Source: a virus. From it: a stretch of 64,000 nucleotides of DNA. The stretch lies in IMG/VR virus record IMGVR_UViG_3300027779_000011, positions 32,001-96,000 of that record. One strand, 5' to 3'. The translations under genes and the position numbers were made by a program. The notes below the pieces were generated by a model, which was not told where the DNA came from, made no database searches, and worked only from the letters and a program-made list of their open reading frames with translations. Each line of letters begins with the position of its first letter. Position 1 is the first letter of the stretch. Positions 19,638 through 28,957 of this stretch are shown here, in pieces.

Positions 19638-19859
19638 ATGGCTTTGAAAGGTGATAATCAAAACAAGTTCTGGAGGATTACACTAAAGAACAAAGGTACG
19701 TTTTTTAAAAAGTCAAACTCTTTTTTAATTGAGGCTGATGGGTATTCTGAATCTGATATACGAAAAATACTAAATGAAACTCATCCAGAGTGGGAAATAG
19801 GGGAAGTGAGTTCTAAACCTAACGACACCCCGAATGAGTCTGTGTCTTCAGCCATATAA
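19638..19859 (+). CDS. hypothetical protein
   Basis: GGAG RBS before MALKG. Confidence 0.55.
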   Translation: MALKGDNQNKFWRITLKNKGTFFKKSNSFLIEADGYSESDIRKILNETHPEWEIGEVSSKPNDTPNESVSSAI

Positions 19860-20007
19860 AGACTTTATAAAGTGTATATAGTGTCTAGGAATAAAAATAA
19901 TTTAAGTATAAATATACTGTATATAAAATAGTTTATAACATACTTATCCATATAAATAATATTTTTTATAATTGGAATATATAGCTCTGAAAATATATCA
20001 AACATAT

Positions 20008-20085
20008 AGGGCTATAGCTCAATTTGGTTAGAGCGGCTGTCTCATAAACAGCAGGTTCCCGGTTCAAGTCCGGGTAGCCCTACCA
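20008..20085 (+). tRNA. tRNA with CAT anticodon, probably Ile2 (lysidine)
   Basis: Cloverleaf, loop CTCATAA, no initiator features, next to tilS. Confidence 0.85.
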
Positions 20086-20104
20086 TTAACAAGAGGCGAG
20101 AACA

Positions 20105-20275
20105 GTGAGTCAAGAAGAAAGCACAATGGTCCAATACTTAAAGGGACTGGAGAGAAGGATTAAGTTCCTTGAGGATACGATAGTAACCCTCTTAGTTGCA
20201 CTAAAAGAAGGTGGGGTAATAGTTGATTCTGATGAAGAACTAGACAATAAACAATATCAATTTGATTTCGAATAA
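20105..20275 (+). CDS. small hypothetical protein (56 aa)
   Basis: GTG start after GAGG/GAG; fills the gap between tRNA and tilS. Confidence 0.55.
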   Translation: MSQEESTMVQYLKGLERRIKFLEDTIVTLLVALKEGGVIVDSDEELDNKQYQFDFE

Positions 20276-20278
20276 AGC

Positions 20279-20911
20279 ATGTTTAAGCTAACACATAAAA
20301 TTCCAGATTCGATCTTAATCGCCGTATCTGGTGGCGCAGATTCTATGGCAGCACTAGACTTTCTAAAACAGGGAAGGTCCGTAGGGGTTCTTCATTTTAA
20401 CCACGGAACAATCCATGCGGCTGAAGCACAAAAGTGTGTTGAGGATTACTGCACAGAAAATAATTTAGAACTCAAGGTTGGATATATAAATAAAGATGTC
20501 CCAAAGGGAGTCTCAAGAGAAGACTTCTGGAGAAGAGAAAGGTACAATTTTCTTGACTTCTCATCAAAAGCATTTTGGGGCGGTCTATATACAGAACATG
20601 CCTCTCCGGTTGTAACATGCCACCATCTAGATGATGCCGTAGAGACTTGGCTATTTACGTCTATGCACGGAGAGGGAAGGCTCATTCCATCTAAAAGGGA
20701 TAATTATATCAGGCCGTTTCTAGTAACCAGAAAGGCTGTTTTTGAAGACTGGTGTGATAGAAAAGATGTGCCATATGTAGTCGATCCAAGTAATCTGGAT
20801 ACTTCATTTATGAGAAACTATATTCGGCACGAACTGATGCCACACGCCCTAAGAGTTAACCCTGGAATTCACAAGGTTATTAGAAAAAAAATTATCAACT
20901 CACTTGGTTGA
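20279..20911 (+). CDS. tilS: tRNA(Ile)-lysidine synthase, catalytic domain only
   Basis: AVSGGADS PP-loop, HFNHG, HHLDD.VET, IRP, DPSN, RNYIRH. Confidence 0.9.
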   Translation: MFKLTHKIPDSILIAVSGGADSMAALDFLKQGRSVGVLHFNHGTIHAAEAQKCVEDYCTENNLELKVGYINKDVPKGVSREDFWRRERYNFLDFSSKAFWGGLYTEHASPVVTCHHLDDAVETWLFTSMHGEGRLIPSKRDNYIRPFLVTRKAVFEDWCDRKDVPYVVDPSNLDTSFMRNYIRHELMPHALRVNPGIHKVIRKKIINSLG

Positions 20912-20918
20912 TGATTAT

Positions 20919-21004
20919 GGCTGAGTGGTGGAACGGTATACACAGGAGACTTAAAATCTCCCGCCCCATTGGGCTTGCGGGTTCGAATCCCGCCTCAGCT
21001 ACCA
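20919..21004 (+). tRNA. tRNA-Leu(TAA)
   Basis: Long variable arm, loop CTTAAAA, CCA. Confidence 0.95.
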
Positions 21005-21023
21005 CTTCTTATTGGAGGATAAT

Positions 21024-21332
21024 ATGGAGAAAATTAGTAAATTGAACGAAAGAGAATATAATAAAAACCCATTTGACGCATATAGGTGTTTCCACATTGG
21101 AGACTTTAGAGTTTCAGATGATATTATGGTTATGAAAAACGGAAAGAGAGTCTCCGGAACTGTTACCGCAGTAGACTTAAAAAACGTAGTAATTTCATAC
21201 GAAACAAAAGATGGTTCTGCGCATAATGCCGGAATCAACGATATAGTGTTTCTTGGCGATTCTCGACCGATGGGAACACAGAATGTTGGGCAGGGTAACA
21301 AGGGGAGAGGTGGTGCATATGATAGAGGTTGA
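21024..21332 (+). CDS. hypothetical SH3-like protein
   Basis: GGAGG RBS before MEKISK. Confidence 0.6.
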   Translation: MEKISKLNEREYNKNPFDAYRCFHIGDFRVSDDIMVMKNGKRVSGTVTAVDLKNVVISYETKDGSAHNAGINDIVFLGDSRPMGTQNVGQGNKGRGGAYDRG

Positions 21333-21558
21333 TTATAATGGGTACACATATAAATATGATAAAAACCTGGGAAATCGTCCCTGGGTTAATTCACAAACAA
21401 ATGTCGCCGTACCAGTTAGCTTATACTCTAAGCTGAGACAGGTGGCAATTTCTGGTGGTGTTGATGCGACAGCATTTACCACTTCTGTAGCTAGTAACGA
21501 TATGAAGAATAGTACAAAAAAGGCCACAAAGAAGAGTGGTTTTATTAAAATCTTTTAA
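21319..21558 (+). CDS. hypothetical protein
   Basis: Start re-assigned to MIEVD. Confidence 0.6.
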   Translation: MIEVDYNGYTYKYDKNLGNRPWVNSQTNVAVPVSLYSKLRQVAISGGVDATAFTTSVASNDMKNSTKKATKKSGFIKIF

Positions 21559-21570
21559 AGGAGGATTAAA

Positions 21571-21765
21571 ATGAAGGTAGAGAGTCATAACACAAATAAC
21601 GTACAGATGAAGATTAGCAACGGTGACCCCGGAAAGCGTGCTGGAGGAAACAACTTGAAGCTCACAGTATCTTCAGAGTCATGGCGTGTTCCAGACCAGA
21701 CGGTTAAGATGACAATACGCGAAGCACAAGCCCTACGCAGCTTTCTAAATAAGCATTTGCGATAA
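21571..21765 (+). CDS. hypothetical protein
   Basis: Strong AGGAGG RBS; terminator follows. Confidence 0.7.
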   Translation: MKVESHNTNNVQMKISNGDPGKRAGGNNLKLTVSSESWRVPDQTVKMTIREAQALRSFLNKHLR

Positions 21766-21773
21766 AGGCGACT

Positions 21774-21815
21774 AATGGCATGGTGGAGCAAAACTCTGCT
21801 ATGCCATTTTTTTTT
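21774..21815 (+). terminator. rho-independent terminator
   Basis: AATGGCATGGTGGAG/CTCTGCTATGCCATT stem plus long T-run. Confidence 0.85.
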
Positions 21816-21890
21816 CATATAATAGTTGAAAAATTTTAACCCCTCGGTATATTATTCTAACAAGGGTGATAAGTATTTAGTGGAGGTACT

Positions 21891-22340
21891 ATGGATTTGA
21901 ATTCCTTTTTAAAAACGAATAAGGCTAATATTCTTTATTCTTATTCTGAAAATATACTAGCTAATGGCTCAAAGGAGTTCGGATGGGAGGTCGGGGATAA
22001 CATCCCTGATGAGGATATCTTCGTTTTATCTACCCCTTCTAGGTCTAAGAAGTTTAGTGAGTCAGATTTGGAACGATCAAAACAGCATGGGAGCAATCTG
22101 ACCACCCTTTCTGATTACAGAAAGTTCTTTAGCTCGTTTACCGGCCACTCTCCGGAGGATTTTATTGGCAAGTATTCTTCTGACGAGGCTCTCTTAGTAT
22201 CTGACTGGGACGGTATCAGTAAAAATATAGTTAGAGATGATGAGGCTAAGTTTTATTTGAACCTGGCCAAGCTGATTACTGAGGAGAAAAAGTTCTCTAT
22301 GTATGGAAGAATCTTTAAAATTTACAGCACAGGTACTTGA
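21891..22340 (+). CDS. hypothetical protein
   Basis: GGAGG RBS. Confidence 0.7.
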   Translation: MDLNSFLKTNKANILYSYSENILANGSKEFGWEVGDNIPDEDIFVLSTPSRSKKFSESDLERSKQHGSNLTTLSDYRKFFSSFTGHSPEDFIGKYSSDEALLVSDWDGISKNIVRDDEAKFYLNLAKLITEEKKFSMYGRIFKIYSTGT

Positions 22341-22530
22341 AAAAAACAGGTTTTATGTTAGGAAAAGATAAGAAGAATGCCACACATGAGATATGTTAGA
22401 ATAGCGTATCATACTATGATGATGCTACTATTATCTTGCTCTATATAAGTCTACTATACTTTGGGCGCAATAGCTCAAAACTATTAATCTAACTCTATGA
22501 ATATGAATACCTTTTGGAGGATTTAACAGT

Positions 22531-23991
22531 ATGTCAAAGGATAAATATTCTGAAGATCATTTTATAGAGGTAGCTGGTTCTGCTGGCAACAGTACTCTAT
22601 ACGTTTCAAACAATATTAATGTGCTCCACGAAGTGTCCTCTCGAAGTCTCGAAACAACCTTAATAACTACTAATGATCTGATCGTCGAGGATGACGCATC
22701 GTTTGGTACGGATACAGATAGTGGGAAGTTTACTGTTAGTAATTCTGATATTGACCTCTCTGGATGCGAGTTCGTGGGCTCTATTGATTTTGATTCGAAC
22801 CTTAAAAGCTTCGACTTTATGTCTAGGGGCTTTACCAGCACAGAGTCGATTGATATAAAAATGGTAGGCTCAACAGGAACTTATCTGGCTCTATTCTCAG
22901 AAGGTGATGCTCACATATTTGCAGAAAGCTCAATGAAGATCTCGGCTGGGATGGAATCTGGGACTCTAAATTTGGTTTCTCAAGCTACTAGGGACTGGAC
23001 TATTTCCGATACCACCGAATATGCAGACGATGGGATGGGTGATAAAGATCTATTTCTACAGGCTGGTGAGAATGTAGTTATTCATTCCGAAGATAACATT
23101 GTTTTAAAATCTAAAGGAACCTCTACATCATCTCATGACATTAGAATAGTAAACTCAGCTGGTGGAACGTCTATACCATATGGGGCATCTTTGGGTGGCG
23201 GGTACTATGGAGCAATATCACCTATTCCAACGGAGTACAAGTATTCTAAATATAGAGATTGGACAAATGACACAGACGCCACCGGGTCAAGCAAGGTTAG
23301 AAATGACCATGCTAATAAGTATAAGACGTGGCCTTCATACTCTGGGAGATATCCAGATGGCTGGGTTACTCCAAAGCTAGAGGTCGGGTACACATGCTGG
23401 TCTGGTTTCGCCAAAGCAAGGGACTCCGGTGGATTGTGGACTGACAAGTGGAGTGATACCAAAAGTTGGATGATTGGTATTCCGCTACCTACTCTTTGGG
23501 ATGATGACGTTATTATAATGGGGATTAACTACACAGTTAAGAGGCTGAAGAATGTCTATAACAAATCAGATAACAGAAACTTAACCGGACTCGACTATGA
23601 TGGTTCAACTGGCACGCTTGAGTTCATAGGTGGCTTTATGCTTCCTGATTATAGGTATGTCAATTCTTTTGGTGATAGTGTTGAGGCGGGTGGCATACCC
23701 GACGAATCTGGTCGTCTTTCTCATGGTATGGGTGCTTATATCTCTAGGGAAGATCGGCCATCGGGCAGTCATAGTCGAGGAAACCATCTTATTATTCGAA
23801 TGGCAGCAGGTGGTGGGGATCATGAGTTTAATAGAGACTACGGAATAGACCCAGAAGGCGGCGGCACCACAACGTTAACTATCCCCATACTTGATGATGA
23901 CGGAAGCGACTCAGGAGCGACACATAGCATGGGAAATGTCATGGGGGTACAAGTAAAGGTTTTGATATTTTACACTAGAAAGGATTTGTAG
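22531..23991 (+). CDS. probable structural protein (beta-rich, tail/spike-like)
   Basis: GGAGG RBS; G/S/T/D-rich, beta-helix-like N-half. Confidence 0.55.
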   Translation: MSKDKYSEDHFIEVAGSAGNSTLYVSNNINVLHEVSSRSLETTLITTNDLIVEDDASFGTDTDSGKFTVSNSDIDLSGCEFVGSIDFDSNLKSFDFMSRGFTSTESIDIKMVGSTGTYLALFSEGDAHIFAESSMKISAGMESGTLNLVSQATRDWTISDTTEYADDGMGDKDLFLQAGENVVIHSEDNIVLKSKGTSTSSHDIRIVNSAGGTSIPYGASLGGGYYGAISPIPTEYKYSKYRDWTNDTDATGSSKVRNDHANKYKTWPSYSGRYPDGWVTPKLEVGYTCWSGFAKARDSGGLWTDKWSDTKSWMIGIPLPTLWDDDVIIMGINYTVKRLKNVYNKSDNRNLTGLDYDGSTGTLEFIGGFMLPDYRYVNSFGDSVEAGGIPDESGRLSHGMGAYISREDRPSGSHSRGNHLIIRMAAGGGDHEFNRDYGIDPEGGGTTTLTIPILDDDGSDSGATHSMGNVMGVQVKVLIFYTRKDL

Positions 23992-24116
23992 CATGGTAAG
24001 GAGTTATGAGACGGCTATATCAAGAAAGACAATTGTTATAGAACTGCTAATAATTTATGAAAAATCTAATAATTATCGTACCTATCTAATAGAGAAGTAG
24101 TTATTGGATTTATATA

Positions 24117-25076
24117 ATGGATTATCATTTAAATAAGCTGAATTCGCTTTACTTGCACCTTATTAGTAACGGATATATATATGGTGCTAATAGAGTATTG
24201 AGCTTTGCTATGGATTACATATCCACAAAGCCTATGGTTAAAACCTCAGTAAGAAAGAATAAGCTTCTTCACCTGCTTGGTCCGTCAGGAGGTAGGTCTG
24301 TTGGGATAGTATCTCCGTATAAATCACTTAATTCTAGAAAAGAAAATAAAAATAAATACCAAGAGCTGGTCAGGGATATTCAAACCATGGGTCTTGATAC
24401 TCTTGGTAACTTTTGGCATGGTTCATGGGAAGAGGATGTTGTTATAGATGATGATGGCGAATCTACAGACAGAAGGAGTCGGGTACAACCAATAGTTGAC
24501 AGAATCTTTCGAGGAACATCTGATAGAGCTTTGGCGGAATTAAGCGATTTTTCAGATGTAAGCGAGTCTGAAGAGGATGAGTTAAAGTCTCTTTCTGATG
24601 ACTATGAGGAGAGTGATGGTGAACTAATTAGTTTAAAAATTAGGCAGTCGAAGATACCAGCATGGTATGAGAAAAAATATGAGGGTCCGATATTCGAAAA
24701 CAAAGAGGGTAATAAATATATAAAGATACCAGCTTCTGAGCGTAGTGTTATAATAAAAGATATTTCTTTTGAACAAATCAAAAGCCTTTCTCAAAAGTAC
24801 GAACAGGATGCTTTTATATATAGAAGCTTAGACGGCGTAACCGGAATGTACTGGACTGGAGGGGAAAATGCAGGGCATGTTGAGTTAGCAACCCTTCCAG
24901 AAGAGGACTCTTCGGAGCTAAACACTGGGCTTAGTATAGACACTGGAAGATTATACACCAAGCAAAGGAGTAGGGGGAATCTCCCTTCTTTTGAATATAA
25001 CTTCTGGCAAAGAGATATGATTCCTTATGATGGTGAAATCACAAAGGATAATATAGATGCTTCACTGCTAAGATGA
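24117..25076 (+). CDS. SAM lyase (T3 gp0.3 SAMase)-like protein with acidic insertion
   Basis: IVSPYKS, N..Y..L, GSWEE, SERS, YEQDAFIYRS and TGMYW match, in order, T3 SAMase VSAFRS, GCYRE, EEKT, WEQDCVLVYKS and AGLVY (T3 sequence recalled from memory). Confidence 0.6.
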   Translation: MDYHLNKLNSLYLHLISNGYIYGANRVLSFAMDYISTKPMVKTSVRKNKLLHLLGPSGGRSVGIVSPYKSLNSRKENKNKYQELVRDIQTMGLDTLGNFWHGSWEEDVVIDDDGESTDRRSRVQPIVDRIFRGTSDRALAELSDFSDVSESEEDELKSLSDDYEESDGELISLKIRQSKIPAWYEKKYEGPIFENKEGNKYIKIPASERSVIIKDISFEQIKSLSQKYEQDAFIYRSLDGVTGMYWTGGENAGHVELATLPEEDSSELNTGLSIDTGRLYTKQRSRGNLPSFEYNFWQRDMIPYDGEITKDNIDASLLR

Positions 25077-25107
25077 GTTTTATAGCACGATACATTCAGG
25101 AGCCCAG

Positions 25108-25512
25108 GTGAGCATTAAAAATCCTAGTGCTGCGCTGCTGGATACGATTGAGCCATCAATCATTAGGGCGAAGAAAATTGCCTTACTTAGGTGCAAAGAA
25201 GAAAACAATATGGCGTTTTTATATAGGCATGAAAGTAAGTTCAGAATAGTATGGATGAAGCCTCCATCCGTTGAAGTGCCAGACAACATATCTAGAAAGT
25301 TTGTGAGAATTAACTTTTCAGGTTCAATGGATGTTTCGGAAATACTATTCAATATAGGAAGATATGATAGATCATATGACACAGATTTGTTTAGTTCAGA
25401 CGAACCAAGCACCATTTTGTATATGTATGGAAGTCACTGGAATCATATCTGTGAAGAAGTATTGGCCGGCTCTATAGCATTAGTCAGCGTAAAGGATATA
25501 TTTAAAAATTAG
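25108..25512 (+). CDS. hypothetical protein
   Basis: AGGAG RBS, GTG start, lies between the SAM-lyase-like gene and metK. Confidence 0.65.
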   Translation: MSIKNPSAALLDTIEPSIIRAKKIALLRCKEENNMAFLYRHESKFRIVWMKPPSVEVPDNISRKFVRINFSGSMDVSEILFNIGRYDRSYDTDLFSSDEPSTILYMYGSHWNHICEEVLAGSIALVSVKDIFKN

Positions 25513-25521
25513 GAGTATATA

Positions 25522-26721
25522 ATGTCGAATGAAAGTTATTTGTGGACCAGCGAATGTGTTGGTGCAGGGCATCCAGATAAGGTTGCAGACCAGATATCAG
25601 ATGCTGTTTTGGATTCATATTTATCGGAAGATAAAAATTCAAAAGTTGCTTGCGAGACAATGATTGCACCAGGGCTTATAGTTGTAGCTGGAGAGGTAAA
25701 TTCCAAGCTGAGACACCTTGATGTTAATGGTTTAGCAAAACAGGTTGTTTCTGATATTGGATATAATTCTAGAAATGGTTTTGATATAGACTCATGCAAG
25801 GTTATAAACGCAATTGGCTCTCAGTCAAATCAGATAAATAACGCAGTTGAAACAGAGGGTGTTGACTCCGGAGCGGGTGATCAGGGGATGATGTTTGGTT
25901 ACGCTACAAATGAAACGGATTCTTTCATGCCAACATCAATTGAGATTTCTAGGAAGATAACGAACTTCTTTGATCTGGCCAGAACTCAGGAGGGTGTAAC
26001 TATGCTTGAGCCTGACTTCAAAACACAGGTTACCCTAAGGTGTTCTGATGATGGCTCTCCAATCGCTGTCGATGCAGTTGTTATATCTTCGCAGCACAAG
26101 GCAGGGTACCAGCTGATAGAGGTAAGGGAAATGCTTAGGTCTTTAGTTAGAAATTGCGTTTCCGGTATGCCTAAAAAGCTATCAAGTCTTTTTACGAATG
26201 ATACAAGGTACTTGCTAAACCCATCTGGATTATGGACCCTTGGTGGTCCAGCCGCAGATACGGGTCTTACTGGAAGAAAGATTGTTGTTGATAACTATGG
26301 CTCTGATTGCCAAATCGGAGGTGGTGCGTTCTCAGGAAAAGATCCATCTAAGGTAGATAGGTCTGCTGCTTACGCGGCTAGATATGTAGCCAAGAACATT
26401 GTTGCTTCTGGAATATCAGATAAAGTAAAGATTCAGCTTTCATATGCCATTGGAGTTTCAGAAGCTGTTTCTTTCAGGGTAGACACGATGGGGACTTCGA
26501 ATGTTAAATACGCTGATCACGAAATAGAAAGTATGGTATCCGAGGTATTTAAAACAACTCCTTCTAATATAATTGAAAAGCTACAGCTCAGAAACCCCAT
26601 ATATAGGAGCACGGCATCCAATGGTCATTTTGGAATTTCTCCTTATAGACATGATAATATTTCGTATTATACATGGGAGGAGCTTTCTGAGGTTGATGGC
26701 TTGAAGTTAATGTTCTTTTAA
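25522..26721 (+). CDS. metK: S-adenosylmethionine synthetase
   Basis: GHPDK, GAGDQG, GGGAFSGKD signatures. Confidence 0.97.
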   Translation: MSNESYLWTSECVGAGHPDKVADQISDAVLDSYLSEDKNSKVACETMIAPGLIVVAGEVNSKLRHLDVNGLAKQVVSDIGYNSRNGFDIDSCKVINAIGSQSNQINNAVETEGVDSGAGDQGMMFGYATNETDSFMPTSIEISRKITNFFDLARTQEGVTMLEPDFKTQVTLRCSDDGSPIAVDAVVISSQHKAGYQLIEVREMLRSLVRNCVSGMPKKLSSLFTNDTRYLLNPSGLWTLGGPAADTGLTGRKIVVDNYGSDCQIGGGAFSGKDPSKVDRSAAYAARYVAKNIVASGISDKVKIQLSYAIGVSEAVSFRVDTMGTSNVKYADHEIESMVSEVFKTTPSNIIEKLQLRNPIYRSTASNGHFGISPYRHDNISYYTWEELSEVDGLKLMFF

Positions 26722-26727
26722 AATAAT

Positions 26728-27122
26728 GGGGGCGTACTGGTTTCGACAGGGTAATAAGGTCGGATAGTGCAGGCGGTCTACGGTAACAGATGACCTAAAA
26801 ATTGTTACAAAAAACTATAATTGCCAATAACAATTATTATTACAGCAACGTCGCTTTAGCGGCTTAGTTGTCTGGGCCTCTAACGGCCTCGTCACCCAAT
26901 GTTAGATAACAGGTAGAGATCCTGCGAAATAAAAAAATCAAGATGGATACCTCATTTGTATCGGTGAAAGTCCGACTGTAGGGATGAGTGGACTTCTGAG
27001 GCTACATAGGAAGAGGGTTTTTGTGGCTACCTTGCTGATTTGGGAATACATCAGATAAGCTTGTGAATGACTTGAAGGAAGAGTTACTCTGGACGCGGAT
27101 TCGATTTCCGCCGCCTCCACCA
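26728..27122 (+). ncRNA. ssrA: tmRNA; tag (A)ANNNYYYSNVALAA at 26823-26867
   Basis: GGGGGCG/CGCCTCC acceptor with G3.U, GGTTTCGAC, TTCGATT T-loop, ACCA end, tag ORF ending ALAA-stop. Confidence 0.95.
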
Positions 27123-27135
27123 TCTATTCTCCGCG

Positions 27136-27180
27136 CCTCCACTGTTTTTGTTACTAATTTAGTACAATAGACAGTGGAGG
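27136..27180 (+). promoter_or_regulatory. RBS-sequestering hairpin containing TACTAAT
   Basis: CCTCCACTGT pairs with ACAGTGGAGG (contains the GGAGG RBS of the 27187 gene). Confidence 0.7.
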
Positions 27181-27186
27181 TTCAGA

Positions 27187-27747
27187 GTGAGAAAGAATAA
27201 AGCAAAGAAGATAATATTAACGTGCAATATTTGTGACACATCATTTGAGAAGCTATCGGGGGAGTACAAGAGGCAGACTAATAAAAATCCCGATAGATTA
27301 TGGTACTGCTCCTTATCGTGCGCCGGAATAAAAAATAAAAATAGCTTAGGTAAACACCTTGGAGTAGGAAACCCTAAGAGCTTAGTTTCGAATAATCGAA
27401 GAACTAAGCTTACAGAATTCAAGTGGTTTATGAAGGTTATAAGGCAAAGGTCTAAAGCTTTCAATATAGATGAGGCATATCTTAAGACTTTATGGGAAGG
27501 TCAGGGCGGCAAGTGTCCGCTTACCGGATGGGATCTGACCCTTCCTAAACACAGCTGCGATTGGTATAGTGATGATAATAAACATGTTCGCGCTTCCCTT
27601 GATCGGATTGATAGCTCTAAAGGCTATATTAAAGATAACGTAAGATTTATAGCGGTTATAGCAAATTATTGCAAAAATTCTTTTTCAGATGATGAAGTTA
27701 AGTTATTCTGTAAAGCTGTTGTTGAAAATAATAATTTAGCAAAATAA
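27187..27747 (+). CDS. free-standing HNH-like (beta-beta-alpha-Me) homing endonuclease with N-terminal Zn finger
   Basis: CNIC/YCSLSC N-terminus; Q.GKCPLTG, SLDRIDSSKGYIKDNV, N..K. Confidence 0.8.
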   Translation: MRKNKAKKIILTCNICDTSFEKLSGEYKRQTNKNPDRLWYCSLSCAGIKNKNSLGKHLGVGNPKSLVSNNRRTKLTEFKWFMKVIRQRSKAFNIDEAYLKTLWEGQGGKCPLTGWDLTLPKHSCDWYSDDNKHVRASLDRIDSSKGYIKDNVRFIAVIANYCKNSFSDDEVKLFCKAVVENNNLAK

Positions 27748-27775
27748 CTTTTAGAACATGAATAAGGAGCAAGTA

Positions 27776-28393
27776 ATGAAAGAAGAACTAGATAAAAAAC
27801 TAGTTAAGACATTTCCCCTCCTCTATGGTGATAGATATGCTTCGATGCAATCAACCTGTATGTGCTGGGGATTCCCCGGTGATGGTTGGTTTGATATCAT
27901 TTGGGATTTGTCCTCAAAACTTGAACCTCTTATTCAGAAGTTCATTGACGATAATCCTAATGCGCCTTGTTACGGATGTGGTTGCGCCAAGGAGCGTCAC
28001 TATGGATGGAAGAGTCAGAGCCCCGGCAAGTGCCTAGCAATCCACGTTGACCCAGATTCAGAAGAAGAACCACCTGGAAATTACAGAGCATGTTTCTGTG
28101 ATGGGTACAGCTCATCCAACCCTAAGGCTTCACAGGTGAAAGAGAAGTACGGGGGACTTAGGTTTTATATGACTTGTGACACTGACGAAATCTTTAGTCT
28201 GATTGAAGAGGCCGAGGCATTATCATACAAGACTTGTGAGGCATGTGGAGAACCGGGAGAAAAGAGGGGCGGCGGCTGGATTCATACCCTTTGCGATGAC
28301 TGCCATGAGAACTGGGATAAGATTCGATCAAAGAGATGGGAGAGAGAAGAGGAATGGAGTTACCAGATAAAGAAGAGCAAATGGCAAACTTAA
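27776..28393 (+). CDS. Cys-rich conserved phage protein, copy 1
   Basis: GDGW, QVKEKYGGLRFY, TCEACG, TLCDDC; start approximate. Confidence 0.8.
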   Translation: MKEELDKKLVKTFPLLYGDRYASMQSTCMCWGFPGDGWFDIIWDLSSKLEPLIQKFIDDNPNAPCYGCGCAKERHYGWKSQSPGKCLAIHVDPDSEEEPPGNYRACFCDGYSSSNPKASQVKEKYGGLRFYMTCDTDEIFSLIEEAEALSYKTCEACGEPGEKRGGGWIHTLCDDCHENWDKIRSKRWEREEEWSYQIKKSKWQT

Positions 28394-28418
28394 ATCGGAA
28401 CTTGCGAGAGACAAGCAA

Positions 28419-28955
28419 ATGACTTATTTGACAAAACTCTGGTATTGGTTGCGAGGACAGTATTATATCCTCGCGAGCCCAGAGCACAGAATTAAAACCT
28501 ACTATACTTGCGGAACAAACTTCCAACATGACCAACAACTAAAAGCTTATAGCTCAGTTGAACTCTTAAAGAAAGACAGAGACTGCTACGGTGAATGTGG
28601 AATTGTTAAACTAAAGCTGGTTAACCTCAAGTGGGTTGAGGAACAATATATTCCGTGGAGTTGCGATGCCTGTGGTGCTCCTTGCAAAAAGAGTTTAGGT
28701 CCAGAAGGATATTGCGATACTTGTCGCCCTATTATGCTCAACGGCGGCAACACACCAGAAAGAGTTCAAGAGCAGACTAAGTGGCTGGAAAAGGTTATTA
28801 CATGGAGAGAAGAGGACGTCCTCGACGACGAAGATGAGCAATTGTACGACAGGCTCATCAAAGAGATCACCGCCGAGTGTCATAGCGAGACTCTCGACTG
28901 GGATGAGGATAGAATGAGAGCGAGACTCCGAAAAGTATTAGAAACTAGAGGTTAA
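28419..28955 (+). CDS. hypothetical Cys-containing protein
   Basis: ORF with CxxC pairs. Confidence 0.6.
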   Translation: MTYLTKLWYWLRGQYYILASPEHRIKTYYTCGTNFQHDQQLKAYSSVELLKKDRDCYGECGIVKLKLVNLKWVEEQYIPWSCDACGAPCKKSLGPEGYCDTCRPIMLNGGNTPERVQEQTKWLEKVITWREEDVLDDEDEQLYDRLIKEITAECHSETLDWDEDRMRARLRKVLETRG

Positions 28956-28957
28956 TA

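Noticed and set aside
22463-22478. tRNA-like start GGGCGCAATAGCTCA
   Set aside because: No anticodon arm, T-arm or complementary acceptor strand downstream
26938-27123. Minus-strand 61-aa ORF (likewise those at 10063, 17585, 17676)
   Set aside because: Antisense to tmRNA or tRNA genes
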